Both the position numbers and the translations under genes were made by a program. The notes under the pieces were generated by a model. That model was not told the DNA's origin. It searched no databases and saw only the letters and a program-made list of their open reading frames with translations. 64,000 nt of DNA from Amphiscolops sp. MND2022 (lineage: Eukaryota), in NCBI GenBank assembly GCA_964187785.1, contig OZ076410.1, forward strand, positions 62,744,001-62,808,000, in the 5' to 3' direction. Positions 1 through 11,400 of this stretch are shown here, piece after piece. Numbering within the stretch: position 1 is the first letter of the stretch; each line of letters begins with the position of its first letter.

Positions 1-1191
1 TCAATTTTTATTGTGGGGATGGCAGTGTAATTCTGATCATTTTACCTGCAGTGTGTAAAGTTCAAGCAGTCTCGACAAGGTAAAGAGGATAATCACAAAA
101 GTTAACTTGTAAGGCGTTTTGTACAGGGTGTAAGAAATATGCATAATAAGAAATATGCATATGTGCATAACAGAAAAAAAATTATAGGAATTATAGAGAC
201 GAAATGTCGCGTTTGGCACCGAGCAGAAAAGTTCGAAAGAGAAAAGGCGCAGAACGTCATAGAAAAGGCGCTGATACTGGACTGGAAGCCATCAGGAACG
301 CTTGTGGTTTCAGGTCAGAATATGTCAAGAAACAAGGAAAAACTAAAACATTTTTTCAAATATATTTGTCAACAACGAAGGCGTCATTCGTGACGACGGA
401 AATGTTGATGACCAAATCCTATCAGATGCTCGCCGTACGTTTGAGCGAATAATGGTATCCGTACGACAGAGAAATGTTTTTGCATTCTACTGGAATTTTA
501 AACAGAACTAGTTCTTGTTTAATGCAACTAAACTCTTCACAATTTTACCGCTTTTTCAATGCATTGCAAAAAAACTTCAAGACACGTTTTGAAATGCAAC
601 CTAGCGTCATCTTCAGCATGCTATTTGAAAAGATGTGAGTGCAAAAAATGATCACTTGAGCAACTGAAGTGTGAAATACAAACTAATCGTGTCGGTATCA
701 TAATTCAAAGTGGATAAATTTTCCAATTTCAATTTTTATTGTGGGAATGGCAGTGTAATTCTGAACATTTTACCTGCAGTGTGTAAAGTTCAAGCAGTCT
801 CGACAAGGTAAAGAGGCTAATCACAAAAGTTAACTTGTAAGGCGTTTTGTACAGGGTGTAAGAAATATGCATAATAAGAAATATGCATATGTGCATAACA
901 GAAAGAAAATTATAGGAATTATAGAGACGAAATGTCGCGTTTGGCACCGAGCAGAAAAGTTCGAAAGAGAAAAGGCGCAGAACGTCATAGAAAAGGCGCT
1001 GATACTGGACTGGAAGCCATCAGGAACGCTTGTGGTTTCAGGTCAGAATATGTCAAGAAACAAGGAAAAGCTAAAACATTTTTTCAAATATTTTTGTCAA
1101 CAACGAAGGCGTCATTCGTGACGACGGAAATGTTGATGACCAAATCCTATCAAATGCTCGCCGTACGTTTGAGCGAATAATGGTATCCGTA
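1..1191. repeat. Direct tandem duplication, period 728 bp (copy A 1-~462, copy B 729-~1191)
   Basis: Position 1 tcaatttttattgtggggatggcagtg recurs at 729 as tcaatttttattgtgggaatggcagtg. Paired ORFs 139/867 and 204/932 are offset by exactly 728. Similarity ends at ...tggtatccgta. Confidence 0.95.
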
Positions 1192-2729
1192 TCTAGTTTT
1201 GGTTCCGAGAAATAAGCAACAAATTGTAACTTCCACCTAGCAGCGTAAATCATAGAAGTGGGATAATGCCTAGCGTGCTTAAACAGGAGACCGTTGTCTT
1301 ACTACAGCCCTACTACATCAGTTTTTGTCCCAAAATGGTCTCCTAAGGGGACTTTCCATACGTCACAGGAGACTCCTCCAATTAGAGCCCCTAAGCGATG
1401 TGCCGGCACTCTCAAAGTCCGGACACGTCCCACAAGAACGTAAAAACTTTCCTAAAGGTTCCTAACGTTCCTGCAGCCTCCTACAAACCTCCGAGGTCCA
1501 AAAACAGGTGTTCAGTCAAAGTACATTCTATTCTGTGAAAAAGATCTAAAGTTGCGACAATCATCTGAAAATCTACAAAAACACTACAGAATAGCAGTGA
1601 AAAGGAATTCGGGACTGTTTTCAACGCGTTCTGAGTCTTGGGTAACATTTGTACAGGAATTGCACATTCTTCATCTTTCTGCCAGACTCTTGTAATTTCT
1701 GGATCAGATGGCACAACACTAGGCTTTGCCTTGTTTCAGCTTCAGGACGTCTTCGGGTTGTCTGACTATACGGGTTTCTCGAAGTTTTCGGGCTGGGGTC
1801 TCTTGTTTTGGGGTCTTCTCACGTCTCTCTTTTGATTTCATGGTTCTACCTGGTCGGCCATTTGGAGACGCACACTATTTGACCTTTATTAGAATTTTTG
1901 GTCCCAGCTGGTTGACGTTTCAGACTCCTCGGGCCGTAGTTTGTTGTCCTCGGCAAACGAGAGAGGATACAAAATATATACCCGGTGGGTTTTTCAGCAA
2001 CGTCATTACAGCTTGTAGCTGCCTTAGATTCTTACAAGAAGACAAAAATGTATCAATGGCATCTTTCAAAAATCACGACTTTTGATTGTTCTTTCGAGCA
2101 GATATTGAATTTTCACTTTTCGTTTTGGAGTAAAATCAGTTTGAACAAAAATTTTCAATCCTCATTCATTTCAAATTAGGTTAAAATATCTTTTTTGCAG
2201 TGGTATCTTGCGCAACACTAACAAAAAACTACTATAGCGTGGTAATATTCTTTAGCTTTCGATTTTTAAGTAGAGAGGTACCAAGTTGGGACCAACCTAC
2301 TAGGTAGCATCCGAATCGACAAATAGTCGAGGAACAAAATTCTGTAACTATAACTATAACGAAGATAGCACCAAAAACGAATTTTCATTGTTCTATAGGA
2401 CCACAATTGAAATTGCACTCAATAAGTCTCTAGTGTCAAGTTTCTTGAGTGGCTCAGTTTAAGCGATAGCTAATAGCTTTGTTCATTCCACTGATCGAGT
2501 GTCCTGTGGGTCATGTGAGGTATCCATTGTCGACTGTGGCTTCAGGATTCAAATCTTGACTCGAAGGGGGTGAGCTCTGTTAGTCCCGTGCTTGGAGGTC
2601 ATTTAGCTCTGATTCTTTGGATGCTGCTTCCTTTTGGGATATCTCTACGGCAGATTAATCTCTCAAGGGCGTAGCATTACGTGATGAGGCGAAGGGGTCA
2701 CTGACCGCCAATTCATCTGGGGTACCTCT

Positions 2730-5444
2730 TCAGTCATCGGCAGCTACCTGTACCTGGACCGGGTCCGCTTGGCTTGAGTTCACGACTGATGAGACAAAAC
2801 TGCTAGTGGCAGCTGTCCCTGCTTCATTGGTCTCTTTGGTCAGGCTCTCAAGCGACACTTTGGGCAAGTTTCTAGCAAATTGCTGATATCCAATTTGCAC
2901 AAACCAAACTTTGAATGCCTTGTTTGCCTTGACATAGCCCTCGACGACCGTATTTCCGCGCTCTCGCCGCTGTCGATCCAACAAATGGAGAAAGATTTCC
3001 TTGGCCATCGTTGGATTATTTGGAATATCTTTGCTCACTGGCAAGGTCCTGACAGTAGGCTCTCGTGCTACCAAAGGCATAGCGGTTTTCAACTTGTTAT
3101 AATGCTGATGATAGCTTGGTCTACCATTACCTTGGTCTACGTGCACGTATCTGCGTTGAAGAATTATGTTCCACCTGCTTTCTATCCTCAATGATCGCAT
3201 AGGCCATTCGAGGCCGCAAGTTAGCGAAGTTGTGGACTTTGGCCTGGTATGTAGGTGCTCGTCTCGAATTGTCGAAACTTACAAATTGCAAGATTGAGTA
3301 TCGGGGGCGTTGGCAGCGACCTTCAAAGGTTGCGTCGTGTATCTAAGGGCCATTACGGCACCAAATATGGGCCAAACTATCGGATCAATGAGTGGGAGCA
3401 GGTGTTTTGATTCTACAAGCATAAGCCTAGCGAATTGGGAGGGAATATGAAGCCTAGGAAGTCAGTTGGTTCTCGTCGGACTACTGGGGAAACATCCAAT
3501 GTATGCATTATGCCTGAAACGTTGACCCCCGTGGAATAAATCCATACGAGCAAAACTTCTTTGTTGTCCCACTGTGTATTCAATTGCAAGGATCCCGCTG
3601 GGTCCACGGTGTGGATCAGTGAATGTGGCCAATTCCTATGATTTCTTCCAAATACCAGAAAGCTGAATAAGCATGTACTGGTTTTGTTTAACACCATGCT
3701 CTTGATCAGCTGATTTGAGCCTTGGTATGCAGCACTGAGGGCTACTGACATAAAGTATGCGAAGATTTTACTCACTGTGGCTTGTCTCATAGCTTCTTGA
3801 TAGAATTTTTCTGCTGGTCATCCCAATTTCCTTCTATTTGTGCTAACTTCGGAAGCTAGAAGGGAGAGATGTTATACAAGAAGATGTGGAACGGTATGTT
3901 GTGTTGCTCTGCGACCTGAGCCAGTGGCCCTTCCAGTAGTAGATGCCATGTGTGATACATTTGTCTCGGATCTTCCAGTAGTGCAATATGGGGGAGACTG
4001 TGTCTGCTTGTGCATCTACTGATGTTGTAGCTGTAGTCAAGACGGTCGTATCTAATCTGTTCTGCCTTTTCCTTCTGTTTTTTTGAAAAGAGCTACTAGC
4101 TCTTTGTGGAACTTAGACTCGTGAGTCTTTTCGTCTAGCGTGGACTCATCTCTTCGCTCATACCAAAGGATATCTAGCATGTTTTCTTTCTGGACTGGGG
4201 CCAGGTCACTGACTTGGCGAATTCCAGTTTCGTCCAACGATCTATGTGCCATCTGCATTCCAAAGTCAAATGCTGTGGCCTCGTCGAATATCATCTGAGA
4301 GTTTCATTTGTGTCCTGGGTAGGCCTGCAAGGGCTCCTTCGATAGCTCCGCCAGGAACGCTGGATAAGACGTCTCGCAAGGGCGCCAAGAATTTGCTCTG
4401 ATTCTGAGGTTTGGCGCCACAATGTGAAAGCAAAGGTCGCGTGCAAAAACTGCCTCTGTTACTAAATACAGGAACTGTTGCAGAGGCTTGGGTAAGTAGC
4501 TTTAACCTGGCGGGGAGACAAAATTGACTCCCGCCGTTGCTTTTTGTTTTTGACAGAACGTACCAACGTCTTCGTCTGTTATGAAGCATTCGGGTAATCC
4601 AGAACGTTCTGGTTCAAAACACTCCAATTTTCCCGGCAGTGTGAGGTGGTCTATCACGTTGCAGTAGGTTAGGAATGGGGGAAAGGGGATGGTCTCGGCT
4701 GCTGCAGGACTGAAATTCTTGCACATTACTTCGGTCATGTTTTCCAAAGTAGAGCAAGGCATACTCATTTCTCGCACGTCCATGAGGGGGTATTTCATGT
4801 TGCTGGAAGATTTCATGGTTGAGTCTACAAATCAGATGATTCTGACAATTTGCAGTACTTCTTTTCCCATAGGGAGTAGAGTAACTGGATCCCTCATGAA
4901 ATCTTTGTTGCTGAACAGGCTCTCTGCATACCGTCCAGCTTGTTGCTTGCTCAATTTGTCGTATGGGGGAAGAGGTTTAATGTAGGGGAAGTCATCTCGT
5001 CTCAGATCAGCGCGCAACTTTTCGAACTATGTTGGGTAACGATCTGGTTGGAAGACTGCTATAATGACCGGACGAAAGTAGTGAGCACCAATCGTGGCTT
5101 TCTAGGATCCTCACAGCTTCCGGATCTCCCTTGTTTGTTACTGTTTCAAAACTGAACAAGTCGGGGTCAGTCTTCTCAGCAGTGGCAGGAATTTCTCAGT
5201 GCAGACGAACTGCGTCTCTAGCTGTGATGTCTAATTGCTATGCTTCGGATGTTGCGAGCAACTCCCTGCTTAATCTAACTCGTTTAGCTTCTGGCTGTTG
5301 TGTGGGAAAGAGTTCGATTTGCATATGCCTGTTCCCTGAGTACTATTGCTTGGCACTTCATAAGGAGACTGTAGGTAAATTTTTGTCCATATCGAATAAA
5401 CGTTGACCGAGTAAATTTTCGAATACCTAGTCTATCTTTGCCAT
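2730..5444 (-). pseudogene. Degenerate long ORF (~900 codons) of unknown function
   Basis: Chain of minus-strand ORF fragments (4832-5017, 4502-4816, 4266-4589, 4052-4294, 3843-4040, 3413-3790, 2730-3200) joinable across stops and frameshifts, starting at aaaaaATGGCAAAG (5444). No recognisable motif. Confidence 0.5.
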
Positions 5445-5903
5445 TTTTTGCCCCGATTTTTTTCCAGACACTCTCCTAAAGGCCTCCCGTGGCCAGTTTA
5501 CCTCCCAGAAAAACCATTTGTCCCTTTTGCCACAGTTTCAGCGTTCCAGCATTCCCCGGGTAAAAGATAAATGACTTAGAAATTTTCGAAAAAGTTTCAA
5601 AAAAAATTTTTTTCTTCAATACTCCCAAAGTCAAGAAACTTCCACGCAACTAGGAAGGCAAGTGGATGCACGTGGAAAGTACTCGGAGAGACGAGAAAAA
5701 TGAGCTATAGAACGACTCTGTAGTTTAACCTGACGTTGACTTATGACCTTTTAGTATAGGTAAGATTCAAATCACTATAGGTCCGACTTATTTGTTTTTC
5801 TTTTTCCAGGTGTCGGAGTTCACTTTTTCTGCATACAGGTAGTATTTGATAACAGGTTACGTCCGGTAGGTTTCTTATGGGTTGAACAGGAGCCCGGGTG
5901 CTC

Positions 5904-6059
5904 TTTCGGCACCGCGTTTCCTGAAGCCGCTGAGATAGGTAGGTTGTTTTTTTTTCAAAAAAAAATCACTCAAAAAAATTGTTTATGGATTGACCAGACG
6001 CCCCAGTAGGTATGGCACGCTTTTCGGCACCGCGTTTCCTGAAGCCGCTGAGATAGGTA
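5904..6059 (+). repeat. 38-bp exact direct repeat, each copy ending in a 5' splice-donor-like ag|gta
   Basis: tttcggcaccgcgtttcctgaagccgctgagataggta occurs at 5904-5941 and 6022-6059. Confidence 0.9.
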
Positions 6060-6714
6060 AGTTTAAACAATTCAATTCTCTGAGTCTTAAGCTTGGGTTT
6101 CTCAGGTTCGCAACGATTATGATTCTTAGGAAAAGCTTTCTTACGATAAGGTTTCTTCGGATTAGGTTTAATAAGTAATCATGTATTTTGTTTTTCATCG
6201 GGGTCAGCAACGACGAAGAAAAAGAAGTTGGATAGAAGCAGCAGTCTTACTTTCAGTTGAATAATCCATCACTTATTTAATTTTAATTGATTGACTATTC
6301 ATTTCGTCTAGTTTATTTCTTCATCTTTTGAAGATTTTACTTTTGTTAGTTGAAACCTTTAAAACCGAGTCTTTTAATAATCCATTACACATTCTTTCGA
6401 TTATCAGATTACTTATGGCATGATACATATTCGGCTAAAGTTTTTTCCATTTTTTTTTGGTTTCTGCTTTTTTCTAAATTTTTTAATGAGAAACTCGGGG
6501 TCTCCATTGATTGAAAAATATTTTTGTCAAAAAACACACTTCGAATCTTTATATTAAAAATGTTTTGAAATCTGGTTCCAACATTGGTGCACTATCTTAA
6601 ATCTAACAGTTACTATTTGTCTATACCTTATGCTTTTGAACTCTATTCTTTAGACGTTTATCTTTTTGCTTCATCCTTCAATTTCATGTTCATTTTTTTC
6701 CAGATTTTTTGAAA

Positions 6715-7293
6715 ATGGCTTTTGTCATAGACAGATTGAATGGATTCAATTTTAAAGTCTATGCACGCTTCTTTGCGGGAACCCGTAAACTTCTGATAGA
6801 AGACTCGCTTGTTAAGCAGTTCTATATGCAAGAAATTGATATTGTAAGCATTTCCGGGGGTCGCTGCGAGGACATATTTAGTTACTTGAGATCAAACAAC
6901 CCGTATTAATATCATTATATAATCATTTTCTGTGGTGGAAATGGTCTTTCTGCGACAGTTAAGAATGGTAGAGTTCAAAGAGCGTTAAGCCCAACTGACA
7001 CAAAAATTGATGTCGACAGTATTGCGTTGTATCTTCCCAACATGGGAAAACGGGTCTTTGTGCTGGGCGTACCAAAACGCAGAAATAACTCATGTGGTGC
7101 AATTTATAAAATGAATTGCTATTTGCCGAGCAACAGCTACTATCACTTGTACATAGGAACTGGGTCCACAATGTCGACGGAGAAAATTTTGAAACACGAT
7201 GGGATCTATCTCAATGAAACACGACTGTCACAATTAGCGACAATTATCAGCAAAAAAGTCTTTCAGTTCCTCATAAACGAAAAATTACAATGA
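6715..7293 (+). pseudogene. SGNH/GDSL hydrolase-like ORF with one in-frame stop
   Basis: ORFs 6709-6909 and 7027-7293 share a frame, split by TAA at 6907. Blocks: LLIEDSLVK (GDS-like I), SISGGRCEDI (II), IIFCGGNGL (GxND-like III), HDGIYLNE (DGxH-like V). A tttttttccag acceptor lies just upstream of aaaATGGCT. Confidence 0.7.
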
Positions 7294-7681
7294 ACGTTCT
7301 CTTTGATTCAGGCCTCCTAATTTGAAAATAAATTCAGATTTTGCTTTATTGATAATATTAATTTTTGCGCTTGACTTTGTGTCAATGTGTATTTATGAAC
7401 AATTTGTTTCAGCTGTTTTTGCTATTTGATATTTACCCTTTGAAATTTTCCTCCAATTTTCTGACCAAGTTGTATTTGAGCCTCTTTACTTTATGAATGA
7501 ATAAATGAAACAGTTCCTTGTAAATTTCTCTTCTCTCTTATATAACTTATAGTGTATTTGAACTTGGATTTTTCTAATTTTTCCATCTACTCATCAATGG
7601 AAAAAGTAGTGAACGATTCGGTGAAGATTAATGTGATTAAAGACAAGTATTTGTATTATTGTGTTCAATTTTCATCACTGA

Positions 7682-7817
7682 TCGACGTAGAGCGTTGTCA
7701 GTGGATAGGATTTTAAAACAAAAAGTAGAAGTGTCATCACTGATCGACGTAAAGCGTGGTCAGTGATTTTAAACAGAATAAAGTAGATGTGTCATCAGCT
7801 GTCGACGGGAAGCGTGG
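7682..7817 (+). repeat. Tandem array (~60-bp units, 3 copies) of the TCGACG-NNN-AGCGT(G/T)G motif
   Basis: Motif starts at 7682, 7744 and 7802, with similar intervening sequence (ttttaaa.ca..a.aagtaga.gtgtcatca). Confidence 0.85.
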
Positions 7818-7974
7818 TTTACATTCAGGTAATATTTGGTAGGAGGTTGTGTCTGGTAAGTCTGGTAATTTAGTAAGCAGCGAGTGGTGGTTAAATGCAT
7901 TCCAGTTAAACCTAATCTTTGTCATGAATTGGTTCCTTTCTTTTCTCCGGTGATGTCTAACACAACAGCGTTTT

Positions 7975-8410
7975 TAGTCGGCGCTTTTCTTAAGAAAAGA
8001 GCCCGACTATTACAGTCACTTGTTTTTTTTATTTAAGACAGACTCGAAGCGACGAACGTTAAAATTAACGTTCAACTACTAAATAAGTACTAATCTACTG
8101 GACCGCTAAAGGCAAACGGGGAGCGCGTTCATTTACTTTTTAAACGTTGCATACAAGCCCGGACGGGACTAAAGTTCCCCCCCTTTCGATTTTTTTCGGC
8201 ACTATGAGACTTTTTTTTCGAAATTTTTTAAATGTCCCCAAAGGGCCCCCTTTGAGTTTTTTTGTTTTTTGCTATAGAAGGCGTGTTTAAAAATCAAAAA
8301 GGGTCCCCCCTTTTACATTTTTCGGCACTGTGCGACAATTTCCAAAAAAACATGTTTTGCGTTTTTTGAGCCTTAAATATAGCGCTGACTTGAGACGTTC
8401 CCGTCTTGTT
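7975..8410 (-). mobile_element. Non-autonomous Helentron-associated (HINE/DINE-1-like) element
   Basis: On the minus strand the 5' end is AACAAGACGGGAACG with subTIR AGTC(A/G)GCGCT. The 3' end is a hairpin TAGTCGGGCTCTTTTCTTAAGAAAAGCGCCGACTA containing the complementary subTIR. T-rich flanks, no TSD. Related copies occur at 34857, 38642, 39133, ~40840 and ~63730. Confidence 0.75.
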
Positions 8411-8442
8411 TAAGATTTGATTTGATTCAATTTGAATACAAA

Positions 8443-11400
8443 ATGCCACGCGATAGAGGAAGGAGATCCAACAATTCAAGAAGGTGCCCAATTCACAAGG
8501 TATTTCTGGCGAGTGTTGGTGTATGTGGAAGATGTTAAACAGCCGTGCAGCAGACCGATCGAGATGTGGAGTCAGACAATGTTAACCACCCAATTCCCCC
8601 AGATGCCCCCAACGATGTGGAGACGACAAGTGTGGAGAGAGTAGACGTAGAGTATGCGCAAAAAGTTGCCGAACCAGTACAGACATTTACCAACTTGACT
8701 TTCAATCTATTCATACTGACTCTTTGCATACCACTTTTGGAGACCGACTACTGAGATACTAGACGAAACTGTGAAATTGTGTCAACACTGCGCTCGGAAA
8801 AACGGCAATCCCCATCGACACAAGGATTGGCCTAACGCCTGGCCCAGTGTTATGTATACGTCACATTTTGAAACACATGGGTTTAGTTCGAATACTGAAA
8901 ATCTGTTTAAATTACTCCCACATTTAGGACTTCATACATGCACCACTTGAACAATATTCATCCTGCTTTAAACACTCACGATTCGGTTTTCATAGATATA
9001 ACTAGGGAAAGATAGTTTTTGGATTTTAATCAACACCCGAACTGCTAAAAATTTAGTGTTGGCTTTGAATAAGTATTGCTTCCCTAACATCAGGTGCCCT
9101 GCTGGATGTTTTGAGTTTATTGAAAAAAAAGAAGGCATCTCTTTTGCACATTCTTGAACTATTTTTACCCCTTGTTCACTGGTTTTAACGCTAACAGCAA
9201 GAAGGTTTTGAAAGGTGCGAGAGAAGACTTTTTGAACCCACTGGAGATACTTGAAAAATTCAAAATTTCTCCTTGTATAATCGTTAGTGAAAAAAGTCTA
9301 CAATTGGTAACGTGCTCGGATCAAAAAAATGCAGTACTCCTCAAATATGTTCACGTTCCAACAAACCCAGTGGCTGCTAACATTTCGCCCAAATTTTCCG
9401 ATAGGTTAGCTTTAATGGTATTCAGTGTTCCCAGAGTAAGGCCTTTGAAAATAGGAGCGAAAAGTGCCCCTTTCACGATATGACGTGTTGACAGTGGACG
9501 CATTAGTGGCGTAAGTTCCACGGTTTTGCATCATTTCAGGAACTTTGATGCACCTTACAATGAGCGTAGGAATGACTTGGAAAAACTGATGGTTATTTGT
9601 AGGTCAGATGTCGGGGATGTTATTCGTACATGTTGCCAGAGGGAAGAAATATTTGAAAGTTTGCCTGAATGCCTACTTGAGTATGAACTTCCTGTTTCTT
9701 TAACAACTATTGAAGACTCTTGCAAAACTTCTATTTGCTTCGATATGAATTCTTTGATGAACATGAAAGATTATGTTGAAAGTTGCCCAGACGAAATTTC
9801 TACTCAAGATGAATTTAAAAAACCACCTATATTTGGTCACAAGATAGATGGGTATGGTTTTGAGCCACTACAGATGCCAAAAACGATAATACAAGACCCC
9901 AACTTTTTCTCATTCGTTTTTGCTTTCCTACCTTCTCCTTCTCTTTTGGTCTAAATTCTTCTCTTTGGTCTCTTTGTCCAACGAAAATGAACAAGTTTAC
10001 AACATTTGTAGCATTTTGAGTCGTATTAGGAAAAAAAAGATTACAAGAACATCAAACCACTCCCAGCATCACCAATGGGTTACATAATGCTATAAACGAA
10101 CTTTTTCATAGGCCTTGTGATCCTTTGGTTGAACTCTGTGAACTACTTGAAGGTTGCCTAGTTGAGCACTTTAATAGAAACGAAGTTTCAAAGCTTGCAA
10201 TTGACTGTTCCAGAAACGACGTTGTTCTAATTATGTCAAAGGACTAAGTTGAAAGTCGTGATCTTCAAATACCATTCCAGATGACTTCGAATAATGGTAA
10301 AACATTTGAATTGACATTCATTTCTTCAGGCGTAAAGCTAAGCTTACGGCATGGACCGCCATTTTTCAATTTTTGGACTGTAAAAAATGATTGGAAATAT
10401 TCAATTTATGTTGGTGAGACTCAAGTCAACGACGACCCTAAAAATCGATACCTAAAGTATATGGGAGGCCAAGGTGTTTTGTTCTGTCGTGAGCATAATG
10501 TCCCTTTAACATCAGACTACTTTGAAAGCAATCGGAGACGTAGTTTACATAAAAACACACCCAATAATTCAATTTACACTCGAAAATCTGCATGGAAAAA
10601 AGTCCTGAAAAAACTGTTGTGCATCTGCTTGTAAAACACATTTAAATGAACATTTTGATTCCGAGTTCTCGTTGACAAAACACCATCAGCGGACTCAATT
10701 CAAGATAGTAGTGACGATAAAATAGACATGACAAATGGAACAGAGGAACAACGCAATCTCAATCTGCCCGGGCCTAACTTTGTTTTACCGGTAGTTGAAC
10801 GACCAGAGGACTAAGACGCTAATATCGACGAAGGCGATTGTCATCAACTAATTGTTGACGCCGGTTTTCAAGAGACAAACAATTTCGCTTGCGACTCAGG
10901 CTGTGAGCCCGTTTACTTATCAAACGATTCAAAATTTGTTCCGATGCACGTTCTTTTAAACGGCGAATGTCAGTTGATGAAACAATTGAGGTATCCAACA
11001 CACATAGAATAAAAAATTCAACGGTTTTTTATCAAAATTTTGTGTCAATTTTAGATGGTCGCTCAATTCTGCTTCAACCCGAAGCCTGCTTGTTCCCCAG
11101 CATTTTTTACAAGCAGTTAGAAGACGGATCGTTTCCCGGTGCTCTGCCACTTTTCTTTATGATGACAGAAACGCGAATAGAAAACCCGAATTTGATGGAC
11201 TACACGAGCATTTACGCTTAAGGCTTAAGGACGGTTCGCTTTTAACTTCTTCGAACTTGGCTTATATAATGCATGCTTTCGACTGTGTTTTAAATTTGTC
11301 ACTTCTGAAATGTCACACAAATCACTTTTTCAAACGTGGTCTGCAAACGATAACGATTGGTTAGTATAAACCACAGCAGTTGACATCGACTGAGTCTGTT

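Noticed and set aside
139-1180. Short ORFs in the 728-bp repeat as genes
   Set aside because: No motifs, overlapping frames, and simply duplicated with the repeat.
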